A stretch of DNA of 64,000 nucleotides from a virus. Taxonomy: Duplodnaviria; Caudoviricetes. This document shows, in pieces, positions 27,475 through 38,000 of this stretch; position 1 is the stretch's first letter; the number at the start of each line of letters is the position of its first letter. Below the pieces are notes generated by a model. The model did not search any database and had not been told where the DNA came from. It saw nothing but the letters and a program-made list of their open reading frames with translations. The translations under genes were made by a program, and so were the position numbers. The DNA lies in IMG/VR virus record IMGVR_UViG_2895847146_000001, positions 53,959 to 117,958 of that record; one strand, given 5' to 3'.

Positions 27475-29334
27475 TTAGTAGAGCCCGCCGTTACCAGTGC
27501 GGGTTGGTTTGTTGGTAGTAGAATTCGCCTTGCCTGGTTTGGCGCCGTAGAGTCCGCCGCTGGTTGGTTGCTGGCGGGCGCGAGTATTTAGGCGCTCTAT
27601 TTCGGCTCGCATCTGGGCCTCTTGCTGTCGATAAACCGGAGTGGCACTGTCGAGCTTCCGCTTTGTATCACCAGTGTATTCAAGATAATACACCCCGTTT
27701 TGTCGGCCATAGATCTTTCGCGCTCTATCACGCAGCTCTGCATCTGATGGCTTTGCCCGCGCCTTGTTACCGCCGACTGCCGCCTGTAATCCCTTCATGG
27801 ACGCATCCATTGCGGTGGCCGGCTGCTCGTAACTCTGCTTCAGCGACTGAAACACCTCTTCCTCGGAGCCAAGGTTGTTCTCCTTGATGGGCGTGGACTC
27901 AATTGCGTACGTCAGCCGGTAGCCCGCCTCTTTGGCCACTGGCTTGCGGAGAGCGTCAATTACCCACTGTTCGGTAGCCTCCTTTGACTCTGCCACCCGG
28001 GGGTCGGTTGGCCGGAAAATGCGCCCGCGTTTGTCCATCAAAACCATTCTGGCTTGACCTGGATAGAGGTCTTGTGGTTCAGAGTTATTTTCGATCAACT
28101 CTAGGTTCTTGCCCGGCACCTGAATATTAAAGTTGCGCAGAACAATGCCCTTGATTGGCACAGGTTTGCGCGTGCCATCGGACGACTGAATATAAGGGGC
28201 CGGGAACACTATGGGCGAGGGCAACGCCGAGGGGCCGGTGCTGTCTGTTTGCACGCCAGCCACGCCAAAGCCGGCTGTGCCGTCGGTGCCCGGCCCTTTG
28301 TCACTCCCTGCCCGGCCAACACGCGGCTGCGGTTTTGCACGGTAGGTCTCAACGTTGCTGGTACGCTGATAGGCGTGTGGCAGCAGCAACTCATTCAGGA
28401 AGTCCTTGCGGGTTTTGGGGGCAATTGTTTCCTGGCCGACCAACTGCCGCTCTTCGGGCGTGAGCTGCTCATAATTCTGCATTTTGGCTTCTATTGCCTG
28501 CAGGACAGCTTGATGCTCCCGCTGCTTAAGGTCAATCTGACCGCGCATAAAGGGATCCTTTTCTGCGGCCATTAGCACTTCCGGCAATTCAGTGCGAGGA
28601 ATTGGCTTGTTGGTGTTTGAGTCTAGTTTAATTTGGCCGTTTTCTACCAGAAACCAGTTAGACACTGCCTTTTGGGTTTTGCCATATCCGCCAGGACGGG
28701 CGGCCGACGAAACTAGTGACTGGTCGTCACTAAGTGTTTTGTCCAGCCATTGATTCACAACCTCCGTCGTATCATGGTTGCGGGGGTCGTTCAACACCTC
28801 CTGCACAGATTCGGGGCTAAAGGTGCCAATCGGCAAGGTATTACCTTGGGAATCCTTAATTTTATTCAATAACCCCTCGTCTATCCTTTGACCTATATAT
28901 CGCTTATCCTTACTCGTTAGCTGGACCACCTCCTTGAATCGCTCGCCCAGATTTTCAGTCCACCTCGCTTGGTTATTGTAGTCATCGGCCAGCTTCTGGC
29001 CTTGCAAGTATCGCTCATCCCGAGAAAGCCCCGGCGTCTGATAAATAGAACCCAATTTGTCAAAGAATTGGGTTCTGCCCTGAGTGAGTTGTTTGTGGTA
29101 TGGCAGAAAGCCCCTGTCCGTCAAGCCCGACCGCACTTTTTGGAGGTCCTGCAACTCTTGGTCGCGTGCCTTGAGCTTTTGCGCCTCGGCCAACTGACGC
29201 TGACGCTGGGCTTGCGCGTCCAAGCGCATAATTGTATTTAACGGGGCTGAACCGCCCTGCAAGATAACCGCCTCACCAGTCCCGGCCACGCCCAGCGGCA
29301 CTGGATTTAGTGAAGGAATTGAAATTGTCGCCAT
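27475..29334 (-). CDS. putative ejection (cargo) protein
   Basis: 619-aa helical ORF adjacent to the giant protein. Confidence 0.7.
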   Translation of the reverse strand: MATISIPSLNPVPLGVAGTGEAVILQGGSAPLNTIMRLDAQAQRQRQLAEAQKLKARDQELQDLQKVRSGLTDRGFLPYHKQLTQGRTQFFDKLGSIYQTPGLSRDERYLQGQKLADDYNNQARWTENLGERFKEVVQLTSKDKRYIGQRIDEGLLNKIKDSQGNTLPIGTFSPESVQEVLNDPRNHDTTEVVNQWLDKTLSDDQSLVSSAARPGGYGKTQKAVSNWFLVENGQIKLDSNTNKPIPRTELPEVLMAAEKDPFMRGQIDLKQREHQAVLQAIEAKMQNYEQLTPEERQLVGQETIAPKTRKDFLNELLLPHAYQRTSNVETYRAKPQPRVGRAGSDKGPGTDGTAGFGVAGVQTDSTGPSALPSPIVFPAPYIQSSDGTRKPVPIKGIVLRNFNIQVPGKNLELIENNSEPQDLYPGQARMVLMDKRGRIFRPTDPRVAESKEATEQWVIDALRKPVAKEAGYRLTYAIESTPIKENNLGSEEEVFQSLKQSYEQPATAMDASMKGLQAAVGGNKARAKPSDAELRDRARKIYGRQNGVYYLEYTGDTKRKLDSATPVYRQQEAQMRAEIERLNTRARQQPTSGGLYGAKPGKANSTTNKPTRTGNGGLY

Positions 29335-29340
29335 AGAGGC

Positions 29341-29391
29341 GAAAGATACGAAATTCTATCTTGAAAACCGGGATATAACTTCGTATCTTTC
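29341..29391. promoter_or_regulatory. symmetric promoter/operator
   Basis: Operator CTATCTTG-AAAAC-CGGGATAT flanked by inverted GAAAGATACGAA / TTCGTATCTTTC. Confidence 0.65.
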
Positions 29392-29402
29392 CCTTGTCGG
29401 CC

Positions 29403-29870
29403 TCACTTTAAATTTTTCAACATTCCCTCCGCCCAATTCTCATTTGTCATCTCGTATTCAACCCACGCCCCGTCAAATATCCGCCGAATATGGGTATGTG
29501 TTTTGAGGTCAATCCAGTAGTTGCCTTCTCTCTTTGTGAATTGGTCGGCGTAAGCCATTGCGTCACACCTTGATGCTTCGTCGGGTGCGTAGAACCGCAA
29601 GTATGAGGCTGTTAGTCTTCCTTTTTCAAATCCAAAAGCCCGCAAAACCCCCTCCCTTTCGGCAGAAAACAGTATCACCTTGCGAGTTCCTTCCTGCCCA
29701 GCAAGCATGGTCGTGTCTTTCTGCCACCCATGCTGCCCCAACATAATATCCTCTACGGCATATTCTGTTATATTCCAGTCAGTGGGCGCCAGGGTTTTGG
29801 GCACTGCAACCTGTGCATAGGATTGACAACTTAATATCATCAACGACAATAGGAACACAAGATTCTTCAT
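29403..29870 (-). CDS. secreted/lipoprotein-like moron protein
   Basis: Signal peptide MKNLVFLLSLMILSC; lower GC than flanks. Confidence 0.7.
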   Translation of the reverse strand: MKNLVFLLSLMILSCQSYAQVAVPKTLAPTDWNITEYAVEDIMLGQHGWQKDTTMLAGQEGTRKVILFSAEREGVLRAFGFEKGRLTASYLRFYAPDEASRCDAMAYADQFTKREGNYWIDLKTHTHIRRIFDGAWVEYEMTNENWAEGMLKNLK

Positions 29871-29908
29871 GCCCCTATAATCGGAATAATTTCTGAAATA
29901 TCAACCGG

Positions 29909-30079
29909 TTATACGGCTTTCGCCTGACGCTCTATCTCATCTTGTAGTAGAACTCTAATCAAGGCCGATAGGCTGAGGCGACGTTTCTTGGCCGCCTCCT
30001 TGGCCTGCTCCAACAAGTCGTCTTCAATCTGCATGTTAAGGGCGGACTTGCCGCTGGACTCTTTCTTGTCTGCTCGCAT
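29909..30079 (-). CDS. ribbon-helix-helix DNA-binding protein
   Basis: ALNMQIEDDLLEQAKEAAKKRRLSLSALIRVLL pattern. Confidence 0.75.
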   Translation of the reverse strand: MRADKKESSGKSALNMQIEDDLLEQAKEAAKKRRLSLSALIRVLLQDEIERQAKAV

Positions 30080-30208
30080 CGGTGTATTGTTTACGCTAAG
30101 GAACACATACTACATAACAACTACAAAGGTTATATAGAAAATAAATAACAACAGGGTTGTTTTGTATATTTTTTGTAGTACATTTACCATGTATTCAACT
30201 TAATAATT

Positions 30209-30532
30209 ATGGTAAACACAGCTACAAAGCTCGACACGGTTTTCGAAGTTATCGGAAACGCAATGGCTTCCACCATGCCCGCTGGGACACTGGTTATAGC
30301 CGAAAAACTACGGCGCAATCACTGGCACAAGATTCAGAATCGAGTGGTTGTAGTGGCCGTGGGCAAGCGCCTCGTTGCGGGCCGGGTGAAGCAAAACGAC
30401 CTGCGCGAGCAAGGGGTGTTCTTGCTCTACTCCGACAGCCACACCACGGCCGACCCCTTCCTGCTGCCCATTGCCAGTATTCGCGGCCTGTGGCTAGTTG
30501 AGGAGTTTTTAGAGCGCAAACAGATTCGGTAG
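30209..30532 (+). CDS. stand-alone S24/LexA C-terminal-like domain, catalytic residues degenerate
   Basis: FEVIGNAM (cf. VxGDSM), VAGRV (cf. VKR), LLYSDS (cf. LxSxN), IRGLWLV. Confidence 0.65.
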   Translation: MVNTATKLDTVFEVIGNAMASTMPAGTLVIAEKLRRNHWHKIQNRVVVVAVGKRLVAGRVKQNDLREQGVFLLYSDSHTTADPFLLPIASIRGLWLVEEFLERKQIR

Positions 30533-30534
30533 GT

Positions 30535-31473
30535 ATGAAAATCTATAAACTTACCTGTCAGTATTGTGGTAAGGATTTTGAGCGATACTGGAAGAAAAAG
30601 GGCAAGCCGATTTTTTGCAGCTCAACTTGCGCTGGAAAGCACAATCATAAAAAACAGGGGGTTGAGATTAATTGTGCCGAGTGCGGGTCAGTATTCTACC
30701 GGGCTCAATCAATGTTGCATCAAGCAAAGTATTGCAGCAAACAATGCTATTCGAAGGCCAGGCCCAGCAAGATTGAACTTACATGCGTTTGTTGTGGAAT
30801 AAATGTGACTCGCGCACCATCGCTGGTGAATGGCAGAGTGTTTTGCGGTCGCAAATGCAAAGCAATTGTTACGAACGAAGAACGCACACAGGATCTGACA
30901 GGTAAAATATATGGGAGGCTAACCGTGGAATCTTATTTTCCAACTAAAAAACTTGGCGCTTATTGGAATTGCAGGTGCGAATGCGGTGTATTAAGGCCAG
31001 TCAAAGCGCAGTCCTTAACAAACGGAAACACCCGTAGTTGCGGTTGCCTTAGTGCGGACCTCGCAAGCCTTCTTGGCTCTAGGCTTGGGCTGAGAAACTC
31101 AAAAATGGGTAATCAAATCCGATGGTATGTCAATTTCAAAGACAAAGAGTATCGGCTTCGCTCAGGATTCGAGTGGATATATTTTAAATATCTTGTTTCG
31201 AGGAATACCCCTTTCGAGTATGAATCAGAGGTGTTTAGGCTTGCTAACGGCTGTCGCTACACACCCGATTTTTACTTGCCAGAAACCAATGAATATGTGG
31301 AAATTAAAGGATACCTAACCGACAGAGCGGCACACAAGATGGACTTGTTCCGTATGGTTACCGGCCACAAGCTAACAGTGCTTTATGAGAAGGATATAAT
31401 AAAGCTACTCCCCCAGGGCATGACAATATCCAAGTTCTATAAGCACCATAAAAAATCCCCGCTACCAGCGTAG
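30535..31473 (+). CDS. homing-endonuclease-like protein: Zn fingers, NUMOD/AP2-associated segment and T7 endo I-like nuclease
   Basis: Repeated CxxC..FCSxxC, DLTGKIYGRLTV, RSCGC, RSGFE..YE..YTPDFYL..VEIKG; low GC. Confidence 0.8.
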   Translation: MKIYKLTCQYCGKDFERYWKKKGKPIFCSSTCAGKHNHKKQGVEINCAECGSVFYRAQSMLHQAKYCSKQCYSKARPSKIELTCVCCGINVTRAPSLVNGRVFCGRKCKAIVTNEERTQDLTGKIYGRLTVESYFPTKKLGAYWNCRCECGVLRPVKAQSLTNGNTRSCGCLSADLASLLGSRLGLRNSKMGNQIRWYVNFKDKEYRLRSGFEWIYFKYLVSRNTPFEYESEVFRLANGCRYTPDFYLPETNEYVEIKGYLTDRAAHKMDLFRMVTGHKLTVLYEKDIIKLLPQGMTISKFYKHHKKSPLPA

Positions 31474-31485
31474 CGGGGATTTTTT
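31450..31485. terminator. bidirectional terminator
   Basis: AAAAAATCCCCGCTAC-CAGC-GTAGCGGGGATTTTTT. Confidence 0.85.
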
Positions 31486-31486
31486 G

Positions 31487-32194
31487 TTACGTAATCTCAG
31501 GGTAGCCCATCCAGGGAGGGCCAAGGCGAACCAACTCCCTAACATGGGCAATATCGAGCCGATTAACAGAAAGGCACTCCTGGCCTGCGGGCAAGCCAGC
31601 CCTGTTTTCAGCGCCAGTTAGCAAGGTCAACAAGGGGCCGCCAGTAGCCTGCGGGTGGCCATAGCCAATAGTCGCCCACCCTTTTGAGGCGCCACCCTCG
31701 CGCCACCCGGCCCGCGCTTGAGCGTCCTCAAGTGCTCCTTGCTGGCCATCACTTAGATCGGGCAAATCCTCCAGTGTGTAGGGAATTGCTTTTTGGTTAA
31801 AATAGGCTTGCAGGGTACTGGCACTCATGCCCCACCACTCTGGGTGGCGCCACAGACCGTCGTAGATAAAGCCGCCGCCTTGTTGCTGCTCAAGCCGGGA
31901 CTTGTGTACCGTCACCTCGTATAGGCGTGACGGGTTCAGTTGCCCCCAATCGGTATCTGGCACATTGCGCCAGATACCGATTCCATTGCTTGGCCCCAAG
32001 CGGTACTCAGTTTCGAGTCCAGCAGCGCGTTCCTGGGGTGACATAAACCGCGCTTGGTAATAGGCGTTTTCGACCATCAGACTGCTTGCGGGTATACCGT
32101 TTATAGCCCAATCCGCTGGCAGCGCGTCCAGATTGTAGGTGAAATTGACAAAGGTGCGCACGGGAAGCCAGCGTGGCACAGGAACGAGTGCCAT
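31487..32194 (-). CDS. hypothetical protein
   Basis: 235-aa ORF in the operon. Confidence 0.65.
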   Translation of the reverse strand: MALVPVPRWLPVRTFVNFTYNLDALPADWAINGIPASSLMVENAYYQARFMSPQERAAGLETEYRLGPSNGIGIWRNVPDTDWGQLNPSRLYEVTVHKSRLEQQQGGGFIYDGLWRHPEWWGMSASTLQAYFNQKAIPYTLEDLPDLSDGQQGALEDAQARAGWREGGASKGWATIGYGHPQATGGPLLTLLTGAENRAGLPAGQECLSVNRLDIAHVRELVRLGPPWMGYPEIT

Positions 32195-32196
32195 AT

Positions 32197-32937
32197 CTAC
32201 CGGCTAACGAATTCGGCGGGAATGGGCAGGCTCACGGCCTGCTCCTTGCCACCACCGATAAAGTCGGCGGCCTTCACCTGAAACTGGACGTGGTAGGTCA
32301 CGGCACCAGCTTGGGAATTGTGGCCTACTACCGTGCCCTGGCCGCTGAGCGACTCGCCCACTTTCACCGTCACGAATTCACCGTAGCCAATGATTTCGGG
32401 CTTATTCAGCTCGGCAATCAGGCTGCGTACTTCGTCGTTGTCGAATGGGTCAGGCTGCTCGGGGCCAGCCTCTTCCTCTTCCTGGGCAGCGGCGGCGCTA
32501 TCGTCCGGCTGTTGCTCGAAATGAGCGTCCGGCTCGGCGGCGAATAACGCCACCCCTGCTATGTCGCCGTTATCCTCGGCCGGAGCTTCCTCGACCACAC
32601 GGGTACCGGCTTTTACCTGCACGTCGGCGCCGTCCTGGTCTACGCCTTCCACATCCTCTTCAATCACGCCCTCGCCACCGTTGAGGGTGCCGGCTGGCAC
32701 GGTAGCCACCTCTTGCTCAGCTTCAGCATTTTCAGCGGCCTGGGCGTGCTGCTCGTCGTTGGCCTGCACCTCGGCGCCACCGGCTGCGGCTTCCGCCTCG
32801 GCCAGGGCCACGTTTTCTACGGGGCCTACGACTTCCTGCACGTCATGGGCCGGAGATTCAGAGTTGCCCTGGGCGTCTACCACGGGCGCGGCGTTTTCTT
32901 TTGCTTTGTCGCTCACGTTCTTGTTTTTCTTAGGCAT
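32197..32937 (-). CDS. acidic low-complexity protein
   Basis: Glu/Ala-rich ORF with small C-terminal beta domain. Confidence 0.7.
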   Translation of the reverse strand: MPKKNKNVSDKAKENAAPVVDAQGNSESPAHDVQEVVGPVENVALAEAEAAAGGAEVQANDEQHAQAAENAEAEQEVATVPAGTLNGGEGVIEEDVEGVDQDGADVQVKAGTRVVEEAPAEDNGDIAGVALFAAEPDAHFEQQPDDSAAAAQEEEEAGPEQPDPFDNDEVRSLIAELNKPEIIGYGEFVTVKVGESLSGQGTVVGHNSQAGAVTYHVQFQVKAADFIGGGKEQAVSLPIPAEFVSR

Positions 32938-32970
32938 TGCTGGTTGTGTTCGGCGCGTCCGTCCCCCCGT

Positions 32971-33732
32971 TTAGTAGTTCGGCGCAGCGGCCCCGCGCGG
33001 GTACTTGCGCTTGTAGGTGAGTACGTTATTGGTGTAGACGGCTTCGTTGTACGTCAGCGGAGCACCAACGGCTCCAACTTGAACCGCCTGCCGCTGGTGT
33101 TTCAACAGCAGCTCGACATGCCCCTTGAGTTGGTCTAGGGTGCCGGAGTTGTCAATGATAGCATCGAAATAGGGGTAGTCGTCCAACGCCGTTTCGCTGG
33201 GGTGGGAGTCATCGCGGGTGCCGTCGCCCTGCTGCTTGAGCGGGTCGCCCTCGATGCGAAGGAGCAGGCCACCACGGGCGCGGATAGCTTCGGCCTCGTT
33301 GGGAAAACGGCAATCGGTGATAATGTATTTCTGGTCTTCCTCCATGCCCGCAAAGCAGGCCAGAATCCAAGCATCCTTGTGTAGGCCGTCGCGGATTGCA
33401 TCTGTACCCAGCTTTTGTAGCAGTTCGCCTACTGTCATTCCCCACTCGGACAAGAAGGTGGTTTTGCCAGCCTGGCTATACACATCCATGTGGCCGGTCA
33501 GCTCCTGGGCAAACTTCTTGAGCTTTCCGGCGAATGAGCGGCAGGTGTAAGGGGAAACCCACGTATGGGCGTTGCTCAAAAAGAAATCCAGTGATTGGTC
33601 GGCCCAAACACCCGGATAATCTTGTTGCAGGGTCAGGTATTTTATCAGGTTTGCTACCGTGTCCTTTCCGCTGCCGCGACGGCCGGATAGTCCGATGATC
33701 TTTGGCAGGTTTGCGCTGGCTAGGGGCTTCAT
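32971..33732 (-). CDS. deoxynucleoside monophosphate kinase
   Basis: GLSGRRGSGKDT P-loop, LQKLGTD, ITDCRFPNE and HPSETALD motifs. Confidence 0.92.
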   Translation of the reverse strand: MKPLASANLPKIIGLSGRRGSGKDTVANLIKYLTLQQDYPGVWADQSLDFFLSNAHTWVSPYTCRSFAGKLKKFAQELTGHMDVYSQAGKTTFLSEWGMTVGELLQKLGTDAIRDGLHKDAWILACFAGMEEDQKYIITDCRFPNEAEAIRARGGLLLRIEGDPLKQQGDGTRDDSHPSETALDDYPYFDAIIDNSGTLDQLKGHVELLLKHQRQAVQVGAVGAPLTYNEAVYTNNVLTYKRKYPRGAAAPNY

Positions 33733-33733
33733 C

Positions 33734-34288
33734 TTACAGCACGAATTGGTCTACGACTTCCTTCCAGTTATTCACCCGGAAGAACGAGGGGTTGTTGACA
33801 GCCGCGTTGTGGCGGGCGCTGAACAGAATTCGAATGCCACAGAAGTTCTTCAGGTTGTGCTCGCCATCATCAATCAGGGCGCCACCGTGGAGCAGCGACT
33901 TGTCGTGCACCTCCATGTAGTCGGGCGAAAGGGTGCCGTACTTCAAGTCCAGAAAGCCGTGCTCAGCTAACCACAGGAGCTTGCGGCCAGCCATGTGCAC
34001 GTTGGTTGAGGTGGCAAAGACCACCCGAAAGCCCAGCTCACGCAACCGCGCCACACCTTCTACAGAACCCTCAATGGGCTGCACGCCGTCGTACAGGGTT
34101 TTGTCGTGGAGGTAGTTGTAGATTTTTTGGCCACACTCCGGCTTGACAAACGGAGTCATATCCCAGCCGGTCACGCCGGTTTTGTAGCACAGGTTGTCGT
34201 TGTAGTCGGCATTGTAGCGCCGTACCCACTCAGGGCCAAGGTCGGCTACTACGCCGTCCACATCACAGAAAATTACTTTTTCACTCAT
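33734..34288 (-). CDS. 5'(3')-deoxyribonucleotidase (NT5C, HAD)
   Basis: DVDGVVAD, K..WL..H and LIDD...N motifs. Confidence 0.9.
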   Translation of the reverse strand: MSEKVIFCDVDGVVADLGPEWVRRYNADYNDNLCYKTGVTGWDMTPFVKPECGQKIYNYLHDKTLYDGVQPIEGSVEGVARLRELGFRVVFATSTNVHMAGRKLLWLAEHGFLDLKYGTLSPDYMEVHDKSLLHGGALIDDGEHNLKNFCGIRILFSARHNAAVNNPSFFRVNNWKEVVDQFVL

Positions 34289-34316
34289 AAAACAGGGGGT
34301 TGGGTTGGTGAAGGGG

Positions 34317-34940
34317 TTATGCATAGCCGCGCATCAGCGCACGGGTATTGGGGTTGGAATCGTAGGCGCCAGAACCGCCGAGCAGGTTGAAGCCGCCTAC
34401 GCCGTTTACTTGGTTCTGGCCGGCCGTGCTGCCAAAATAGGCACCGGTATTGGCCAGACCGTCCACGGCGCCGAAGACATTGGTAGCCGAAGCCTGTTTG
34501 AGGGCGGCGCGGGTACGGCTGGCCGTGTCCTGGTCCGCCTTCTGGTAGGCAGCCTGTTGCAGCAAGCCCGCCGAAAGAGCACGGCGGCCCTGGGCCTGAT
34601 ACTGCTGGTTCTGCACGTTCAGGTTGGCCAGGCCCTGCTGCCGGCGAGCGTCGGCGGCGCCAATCGAGGCCATAATGTCGGACGAGCTGCCGCCAGCGCG
34701 TAGGGCTTGGCCCGCAACAGCGGCTTGATTCTGGGCCAGTTGGCCTTCCATCAGCCCGTAGCCGGGCATTTGGGCGTTGGCGGAGCCACGCAGCAGGGCC
34801 AGATTTTCCTTGGAGGCGGCCGGCTGAGTGTCCTCAACCTTCACCTTCTTGGCTTTCTGGCCTTGCAGAATGCCCTGGCCGAGCTTGAGTAGCTGGGGGG
34901 CGGCGGAAATGCCCGCGAGGGCTAAGAGCGGAAGCGGCAT
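34317..34940 (-). CDS. small ejection/internal virion protein
   Basis: Gly/Ala/Gln-rich with hydrophobic N-terminus, as in podovirus internal proteins. Confidence 0.7.
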   Translation of the reverse strand: MPLPLLALAGISAAPQLLKLGQGILQGQKAKKVKVEDTQPAASKENLALLRGSANAQMPGYGLMEGQLAQNQAAVAGQALRAGGSSSDIMASIGAADARRQQGLANLNVQNQQYQAQGRRALSAGLLQQAAYQKADQDTASRTRAALKQASATNVFGAVDGLANTGAYFGSTAGQNQVNGVGGFNLLGGSGAYDSNPNTRALMRGYA

Positions 34941-34947
34941 AGTGGCG

Positions 34948-35015
34948 GAAAGATAGTAATTCTATCCCGAAAATCGAGATACTTTTTCTGAAATCTGTCC
35001 CGATTTTCGGAACAG
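34948..35015 (-). promoter_or_regulatory. promoter (TATCTTTC) with paired operators
   Basis: CTATCCCG-AAAAT-CGAGATAC at 34962; CTGTCCCG-ATTTT-CGGAACAG at 34995. Confidence 0.7.
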
Positions 35016-35021
35016 CACTAC

Positions 35022-38000
35022 TCAGGGGGCTAAGGGCAAGAAAATCAGGTCGGTGCTTACCAGTTGGGCCTTTTCCGTGCCGGTGTAGGAAAGCGTCACA
35101 TCGAGAGTGGGGCTTTGCAGCTCCCGGCCCAGGTGCAGGGCGGTGGCGGGCGTCAGGTTCGGGGTGTTTTCGTCCCGACGGAAGGCTGCCCGCCAGATAC
35201 CCTTCTCCGTGACCATCCACGGGGCCAGGATGCGGCTTTGCTGGCCCAGGTCGTTGGATACGACCACGCTCCACTTCTGCGGGCTGACCACGGCAAGGGC
35301 CTTCCAGGTTTTGGAGGCTTCCGAGCCTTCGTTGACGGCTGCCGTCACCTGCATCGTTACCGGCTTGCCAAAGAAGCGCAGGCGGTCATGCTCGGGGCGG
35401 TGCTGCCAGGGCAACCCGTTTTCGAAGCTCAGCAGGTGGTCGTCATAGGCCATGCCCGCTTCGGCCGGCAAGTCCCAGAGGTCGGCAAACTGGCCGGCCC
35501 GTTCGCTGAAGACCAGGGCCACGGGCGGATTGCCGTTGGCCTCGCCAAAGAACAACAGGTAGCTTTCCGTGCCTGGGTCGTAGGCCCCGTGCACGGTGGC
35601 GCCGGCGTACTGGGCTGCCAACTCCCGCACCCGCGCCCGGGCGGTTTTGTCTTTGGCCAGCGGAGAGGCCCCGTTTTGGGCGTAGCGAATCACTTCACGT
35701 CGGCGCTGGCAGTAGTAGAAGACGCGGCCGGCAAACTCGCTCACGGTAGCCGCGTGCTCGGGCAGGCAGCCATAGCCGCCGCGCAGGGCGTTGCCGCCGC
35801 CAATGACGCCCTTGGTCAGGGCCAGCGTGGTTTGCCCGTCGGCCTGCTGCAGGGCGGTCTGGCCGAGGTAGCGGGACTCGGCCCCGTTTTCCTGCACGGC
35901 CAGCAGCAGCGTGCCCTCGGCCTGGGTCTGGTCGGCTACTTCCAGGGCCACAATGGCGCCCTGCTCCTGCGGCAAGTCGTCCTGCGCCGTCGCGTCCCAG
36001 ACGGAGAGGCCCATCAGGCGGGTGCCCTGGACCTTCACGCCCGAATAGCGCAGCAGCGAGAAGCGGCGGATCTGCTCGCCGTTGATAATGACGGGAATAG
36101 CCCGGCCGCGGGACGCATCGAGCCAGATATTGGCCTGGGTCGCCGTCGGGTTCATGGCCTCGTAGCCGTTGAGCAGGAAGGTGTCGCCGGTAAGCACGCC
36201 GCTGGTGGTGGTGTAGCGGCGCTGCTGAAAGCCTCCCTCGGGCGTGAAGCGGGCAATCGGGAAGCGCGGGCTACGCTCGTACAGCACCGACTCTTCGGAG
36301 AAGGTGACGGGCCGGTAGATTTCTACCCGGGGCTGGGGGCTGCTGATTTCGTCGCCGGAAGGGCTGACGAACTGGTACAGGGCCAGCGGCGACAGGGCCA
36401 GATACTCGCCGCGCTGGTAGAGAATGGGGTAGTCGGCCGTAGGGTCGAGGTCGGGAAAGCGCACCCGGTCTCCGGGCTGAAACTCGTAGCCGCGGCCACT
36501 GGTCTGCAGCGTGGTCATGGAAACCCACAGCGACTTCATCAGGGACGTGTTGTTTTCGTCCACGGGCACGAGGTCGGCCGAGCCGTCGGCCTTGTCGCCC
36601 CGGTACTGGCGGAGCTGGTCGGTGATAAACTGCTGAAAGAAACGGATGGTGCGGTTCTTGGAAAGCAGGATGGCGTAGGTATAGGCCCAGGCCGGAATCT
36701 CGGCCGTCTGGTCGAGTTCGGCCGTGTTCAGCTTCCAGGACACGTTGCGGGCGGCCAGTAGGCCCACCTGCTGACGGGGAATGTTCAAGTCCTTCAGGGA
36801 CGTGGCGCCCGCGGTGCGGCCCAATCGGTCATAGAAGGCCACGCCCAGGCGGTAGGACGTGTTTTCGTGAAAGGTTTCCTGGCCGTCCAGGGTAGGCGGG
36901 GGCTGCGTGCCGAAGGGGGCAATCTGCTGGTTGGGCAGCGGGGTGACAATGCGGTTCTCGCCCAGCTGCTCGTCGGGCGCAAAGTCTACAAATACCTGCT
37001 GGTAGGTCTTGGGCGTAGTGGCCACCACGGCGTAGTACACGCCATTGTTGAGGGCCACCTGCTGGTAGGTGCTGCCCGCATCCGGGTAAGCGCCGGAAGC
37101 CACGGCGTAAAAGGCAGTTCGCACGCGCGACTCCTGGTGGGTGCCGCCGTCGGGGTCGCCTACCTGCTCCACGTAGTCGGTATCGACCTGATACACGGTG
37201 CCCGTCGTGTTACCGGTGGGCGCACCGGTGCCCGTAATCAGGTCCAGCGACCAGTTGACGGGCGTTACCGTCAGGCTTTCCCTGCAGTCTCCAACGAAGA
37301 TATGGCTACGGGCCACGGTCATGGCGCCGGCCTCAATAGGAATGGACTCGTAGAGTTTGGCGGCGTCCAGGGCGGGAATGGCTTCGCCGGTGGTCACGCC
37401 GTAGAAGTCATAGGAGGTCGGAAACAGGCCGCTGACGCGCTCCAGGGCGGCGGCCACCTCCCACTGCGGCTCGTCGTCGCGGCGCACCAGCACGCGCACG
37501 GTTTGCACCAAGGGCGGTACCTCCGTAGGCAGTGTGACGTGGATGTAGTTGCGCGGGTCGGCTTCGACGGCGGCGGCCGTGGTGATACGACGGGGCAGCA
37601 CGGGCGAATAGGAGCCCAGCGGGGTACGCTCGCCGTTGGTGTACTCGTACTGCAGGGCCACCTGCCACGCATTGCCCGCAATCCGGTTCAGGGTGCTGCG
37701 CACGTCGGATACGTTGGTGTTGGCCAGGCGCTCCACCCCTACCGTGCCCTGGTGGGGCTGGCGCACCACATGCAGGGCCAGCGGGTCGGCCTGGAGTACG
37801 GCGGGAGCAAACTCCGCTGGCTTGCCCACGGGCAGGGCGCGAATCTCCTTGTTGGCGTCGAGCCAGAGCAGCAGCCCGTCCAGGAAGCAGACGTTCTTGG
37901 TCACGGTGGCGGGCACGGCTAGCCCCTCCCATTGCAGCACCAGCTCGTAGGCGTTGTTATCGGCCGGCGTGAGGCGAGCAATTAGGTGCTGGCCGCCCGA

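Noticed and set aside
29881-29897. Bacteroidota SOS box (GGA-N5-TCC)
   Set aside because: Only an imperfect single match (GGAATAATTTC), which is insufficient.
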